A stretch of DNA of 62,851 nt, counting the filler, from Nitrospirota bacterium (lineage in GTDB: Bacteria > UBA2233), in the NCBI GenBank assembly GCA_011620345.1. It is 6 parts of 6 records of this genome, joined end to end, with 100 filler letters (N's around TTAATTAATTAA, not from the genome) between each part and the next. Parts side by side here need not be neighbours in the genome. Positions count along the whole stretch, not along the records: positions 50,577 to 59,715 come from WOZJ01000002.1; positions 59,816 to 62,851 come from WOZJ01000071.1; 4 more parts are not named here. One strand, written 5' to 3'. The position numbers and the translations under genes were made by a program. Positions 59,026 through 62,851 of this stretch are shown here, piece after piece (the stretch's first letter is position 1; every line of letters begins with the position of its first letter). A model generated the notes under the pieces. It saw only the letters and a program-made list of their open reading frames with translations, was not told the origin of the DNA and did no database searches.

Positions 59026-59565
59026 GTGCGTGGGATAGAGCTCGTCCCCTTGGGAAGGGTGGACATGCGGGCGGTAGATTTCCTCTCGCTCGTTTTGCCC
59101 GACACGTTTAGGGTGCCCTGCAGCGTAAGGAAGCTCGCAATCGACATCGAGCCCGCGTTTGACCCTAAAAGAAGACAGTACCACTCCACGAAACTTATCG
59201 TGAGGCTGCTTGATTTTGCAAGAAGGGATTACAAAATGCTTGGCGTCACGGATGTGGACCTGCATATTCCCATCCTGACGTTTGTGTTCGGTGAAGCGCA
59301 ACTTGGAAGGTACTGCGCCGTTGTTTCTACAAGTAGGCTCCATCAGAGCTTCTATGGCTTCGAGGAAGACGAGGTGCTGTTTTTGGAGAGGCTCGAAAAG
59401 GAGGCGATTCACGAGCTCGGGCATACGCTTGGGCTGATCCATTGCCCGGACTACGCTTGCGTGATGCACTACGCCAACGCAATCGAGGACATCGACCTGA
59501 AGGCGAACACCTTCTGCCATGCCTGTATCTCGACAGTTCAGCAAAACCTTCTGGCCGGAAGGTAG
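59026..59565 (+). CDS. Archaemetzincin (peptidase M54) zinc metalloprotease
   Basis: R.QY, DL.IP.LTFVFGEA, HELGH.LGL.HCxxxxCVM, FCxxC. Confidence 0.93.
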   Translation: MRGIELVPLGRVDMRAVDFLSLVLPDTFRVPCSVRKLAIDIEPAFDPKRRQYHSTKLIVRLLDFARRDYKMLGVTDVDLHIPILTFVFGEAQLGRYCAVVSTSRLHQSFYGFEEDEVLFLERLEKEAIHELGHTLGLIHCPDYACVMHYANAIEDIDLKANTFCHACISTVQQNLLAGR

Positions 59566-59900
59566 TTATCGTCCCGTTTGCGCCGTAAGGCCCCAACTTG
59601 CTGGTGTCAAGTCCCAAAAGTGCCTTACTTTCCTCCGATAGACGATCCCATCTTCGCACCCTCTAGATAGCGGGTCTGTTGTCCTGCAAGAAATCACCAT
59701 CGAATTTACCCCTCCNNNNNNNNNNNNNNNNNNNNNNNNNNNNNNNNNNNNNNNNNNNNTTAATTAATTAANNNNNNNNNNNNNNNNNNNNNNNNNNNNN
59801 NNNNNNNNNNNNNNNAGCCGCGGGCAGCAACCCTGGCAAGCCGCCAAACTTCCGCCTTTTGCTTGAGCCCATGATGGCTCCGTCACGATAATGGGAACGC

Positions 59901-59929
59901 TTGACTCCTTTCCCAGCCGGGCCTACCAT
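59901..59929 (+). promoter_or_regulatory. Sigma70-type promoter
   Basis: TTGACT-17 bp-TACCAT upstream of the acyl-CoA ligase. Confidence 0.5.
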
Positions 59930-59960
59930 TTTATAAGTATATTGTTGAACGATAAATAAG

Positions 59961-61511
59961 ATGAGGATGAATGGCATGAACGTATCCGGAGAGCTCCGTA
60001 TCACCGCTAGAAAACTTGACCAAACCAAGCCCGCCGTGATCGTAAACGACGAGCCCGTAAGCTTTCCTAGGCTAGAGAGTCTCGTCAATTTCATGGCGGG
60101 CGCGCTCGTGGGGCTTGGGGTAAGACCAGGCGACACCGTGGCTCTCGAGCTTTATAACTCTCTCGAGTACATCGTGGCTTACTTCGCCATTTTGAGGGTT
60201 GGGGGTGTGGTTCTATGTATAGACCCTAGGATAAAATACGAGGAGCGCGCGTTCCTTTTTGAGGATGCAAGGCCTAAGGTTTGGGTCTTTGACCCTGAGA
60301 GGGCTCAAGGGTCATCCGGTCATTCTCAAAAGCCAAGGGGCATTCGAACGCTGCCGCTCGGGTTTGGTTCTTTTCTTTTTTCAGGCTCAGAGTTTCAAGG
60401 TCAGCCAACGATCGAGGATGTGCCCGTCGAGCCCGACGAGCCGGCCCTGATCTTCTATACCTCGGGCAGTACGGGAAAGCCCAAAGGGGTCGTCCTGCCA
60501 AGGAAAGCCTTGAGCGTATTCCCCGAGTTCTGCGAATCGCTTTTTAAAGAAGCCATTTCCGGGCAAGTGCTTGGCGTGAGCATTCCCATGTCTCATCTGG
60601 GCGGGCCGATTTACTGCAACATGCTGGCACGCTACGGGGTGAGCCTCGTTATAGTCGAGCCGTTCCGGCCGGATCGCTTCTTGAAGGCCATCGAAAGGCA
60701 CCGGGTGACGGGGTTTCACTCCGTCCCCCCAGTTCTGGCCTCCCTTCTCCAGGTTCCCGGGCGTGAAGGGCTTGATTTATCGAGCCTTTTTTGGATCGCA
60801 CCGATGGGTATGGCCGTGCCAAAGCCCTTGATGCTGGATCTCAAGCGCGCCTTTCCCTCAGCCCATGTTGTTCAAGGGTACGGACTGACAGAGACGGCCG
60901 GCCCGATCATTGCCGTTCCTTTCGAGGACGAGTCAAGAAAGCTGGGTTCGATGGGAAAGCTGCTAGTTTCGGGCTGCCAAATCCGCGTGGTGAATGAAGC
61001 GGGCAGCGAGATGCCGAACATGGAGACGGGCGAGATCGCCATAGCGGGTAAATGCCTGATGAAAGGGTATTTGAACCGGCCCGAGCTCGACGCCAAGGCA
61101 TTCAAGGACGGCTGGTTCTTCACGGGAGATCTAGCCTACAAAGATCACGAAGGTTTTTTCTGCTTTATGGGGAGAAAAGACGACGTGATCAACGTTGGCG
61201 GCGAAAAGATTTACCCCGCCGAGGTTGAGGCTGCCTTTCTCGCCCATCCTAAAATTTTCGAGGCGTGTGTGATTGGCGTGGAATCGCCCAAGCGCGGGAA
61301 GGCTATTAAGGCGTTTGTGCAGATGTTTCCCGGAGAGAGGATCGAGCCCAAAGAGTTGACCTCGTTCCTTGGGTTGAAGCTCTCCCGGTATAAGATCCCT
61401 CAAGAAGTCGTAGTGGTGGATATGCTTCCTAGGACATCCAGCGGCAAGGTGGCCAAGGCGGAGCTTAAGCATACAGACGCCAAGAATACCATTTTCTTGA
61501 GCACTTCGTGA
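59961..61511 (+). CDS. Class I adenylate-forming enzyme (long-chain acyl-CoA ligase-like)
   Basis: YTSGSTGKPKG, QGYGLTE, F.TGDL, GRKDDVI..GGEKIYP.EVE, LPRTSSGK. Confidence 0.94.
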   Translation: MRMNGMNVSGELRITARKLDQTKPAVIVNDEPVSFPRLESLVNFMAGALVGLGVRPGDTVALELYNSLEYIVAYFAILRVGGVVLCIDPRIKYEERAFLFEDARPKVWVFDPERAQGSSGHSQKPRGIRTLPLGFGSFLFSGSEFQGQPTIEDVPVEPDEPALIFYTSGSTGKPKGVVLPRKALSVFPEFCESLFKEAISGQVLGVSIPMSHLGGPIYCNMLARYGVSLVIVEPFRPDRFLKAIERHRVTGFHSVPPVLASLLQVPGREGLDLSSLFWIAPMGMAVPKPLMLDLKRAFPSAHVVQGYGLTETAGPIIAVPFEDESRKLGSMGKLLVSGCQIRVVNEAGSEMPNMETGEIAIAGKCLMKGYLNRPELDAKAFKDGWFFTGDLAYKDHEGFFCFMGRKDDVINVGGEKIYPAEVEAAFLAHPKIFEACVIGVESPKRGKAIKAFVQMFPGERIEPKELTSFLGLKLSRYKIPQEVVVVDMLPRTSSGKVAKAELKHTDAKNTIFLSTS

Positions 61512-62473
61512 TGGCCGGCATGGCTCGAAGCCGAAAGAGCAAAAATGGCTCTAGAACAAAAAGTTTGCTTGATTATATTGCCTATGCCTTGGCTAGGGTA
61601 CTCTTGATCCCGGTGCGGCTTCTTCCCTTTTGGCTGATAACCCCGGCTGGAAGGATCTTTGGGTTGACGATGTTTTTTGTAGTACACGGCAAGTACAAAA
61701 AGATCGCCTACAAAAACATGGACATCGTATACAAAGGCGAGCATTCATGGTGGCAGAAGCGCAGGCTGCTTGCTCGCTCGTTTAAAGAGATGGGAGCCAA
61801 TATATTCTTTCTGATGAATATTAAAAAGTCCCTTGGGCATATCGATGCACTCTACGAGGTCCGGGGGTTTGAAAAGGTTGCGCCTTACGTAAAAGAGGGT
61901 AGGGGGTTTGTCGGAGTAAGCCTCCACATGGGGCTTTTCATGCTCGTTTGTCAAAAGCTTGCTCGTCTTGGGCTTGGAGCGACCTACCTGATTCGAGCGC
62001 CCAAGAACGAGCGGGTGGCCGTGTTCATGTTTGACTTTATGGCGCCCTACGGGATTTCGTACGTCTTGGACAAACCAAAGCGAGCCTGCGTTGCTGGGGT
62101 GTTAAGGGCCCTTCGTGAGGGTAGGATGGTTGTGATGATGACGGACATCAAACATAGCCCCAAAGAAGGTGTCTGGTCAGATTTTTTGGGGAACGAGTGC
62201 GTAAGCTTTGTAGGAGCCGCACTCATGGCCAAAAGGGCCGGATGTCCGGTTGTGCCTTTTGCGGTCGTTAGGGAGGAGAGGCGTTTCGTTATCGAATTCT
62301 TGGAGCCGATCGTGGCCGATATAAGCCTACCCGTAGAATCTATCGTCAGGCTCTACGAAAAACAGCTCGGACGCTTCGTTTTTGAGCATCCAGAACAATG
62401 GTGGTGGCTCCATGACCGGTTTCGACACAATCGCCAGGATGAAGCGGCCGAAAATGCCAGGGTTTTGGCATAG
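61508..62473 (+). CDS. Lipid A secondary acyltransferase family (LpxL/HtrB-like)
   Basis: N-terminal membrane segment, SLHMG, L..LREG..V....D, FLG, P.QW.WLH.RF. Confidence 0.85.
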   Translation: MMAGMARSRKSKNGSRTKSLLDYIAYALARVLLIPVRLLPFWLITPAGRIFGLTMFFVVHGKYKKIAYKNMDIVYKGEHSWWQKRRLLARSFKEMGANIFFLMNIKKSLGHIDALYEVRGFEKVAPYVKEGRGFVGVSLHMGLFMLVCQKLARLGLGATYLIRAPKNERVAVFMFDFMAPYGISYVLDKPKRACVAGVLRALREGRMVVMMTDIKHSPKEGVWSDFLGNECVSFVGAALMAKRAGCPVVPFAVVREERRFVIEFLEPIVADISLPVESIVRLYEKQLGRFVFEHPEQWWWLHDRFRHNRQDEAAENARVLA

Positions 62474-62851
62474 GTTAGGAAAGAAAAGGCTTTTCCGAAC
62501 CCTCGCCAAAAGAGGGTTTTCGTTTGCGTTGTTCGGCTATCGAGTCCTTTACAAAACGCTTCGTGTTCGCTTGCTCGATGCCAGGGGAAGGCCAATATTG
62601 GCCCAGGCGCTTCCCAAAAAGGCGATCTACATCGGATGGCACGGCAACATGGCGATCGTGCCTGCCTTTTTCAGCCGGTTGGGCGTTACCTTTCTCGCAT
62701 CCAAAAGCCGGGACGCCAGGCTTTATGGCCAATTCTTGAGGGCCTTCGGGGGTCGGCTCGCGATTGGCTCAAGGGCCGAGGACGGCCCCGCCGGGGTGAT
62801 GAACGCGATTCGAACGCTCCAATCTGGAAGACCCGTGGCGCTTTCGCCCGA
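62439..62851 (+). CDS. DUF374-type lysophospholipid acyltransferase family protein (runs off window)
   Basis: Manual translation: IYIGWHGN, LASKSRDA, AIGS, ALSPD; open to the window end and not in the ORF track. Confidence 0.75.
   Translation, partial: MKRPKMPGFWHRLGKKRLFRTLAKRGFSFALFGYRVLYKTLRVRLLDARGRPILAQALPKKAIYIGWHGNMAIVPAFFSRLGVTFLASKSRDARLYGQFLRAFGGRLAIGSRAEDGPAGVMNAIRTLQSGRPVALSP

Overview
A GC-rich bacterial draft-genome window (gene content suggests a deltaproteobacteria-like diderm; taxonomy not determined). It is a concatenation: five artificial N-TTAATTAATTAA-N contig linkers (10096-10195, 31677-31776, 41164-41263, 50477-50576, 59716-59815) plus one 100-N scaffold gap (26044-26143), so adjacency across linkers is meaningless. 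Segment 1 has a class II ribonucleotide reductase with a 462-aa LAGLIDADG intein (absent from the ORF track), a Cof hydrolase, a cassette of two unlisted 52-aa Gly-rich GGKKG peptides + CPBP protease + ABC-2 exporter, tadA, cbiM/N, a secreted DP-repeat protein, and GH3 and IS3 relics. Segment 2 has clpPX, tRNA-Val (overlapping the clpX stop) and tRNA-Asp, moaC/mobA, trehalase, menG, rsbS/T, dcd, GH31, GT9, a degenerate PhoX-like gene + pstSCA, trpB2, udp-like, fumC and rimP-nusA. Segment 3 has an APC permease and a cbiL-C-D-ET-G-H operon with a structured leader lacking recognisable B12-riboswitch motifs. Segment 4 is recCBD. Segment 5 is a sigma54 operon of three lipoyl-lysine-less GcvH-fold proteins around a HybA/HybB-like Fe-S/NrfD module with no catalytic subunit, followed by an NtrC regulator, a heme-c sensor kinase and an archaemetzincin. 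Segment 6 has an acyl-CoA ligase and two acyltransferases. The best candidates for undescribed systems are the segment 5 operon and the small-peptide/CPBP/ABC cassette. All family assignments are from motif recognition by eye; no database searches were run.
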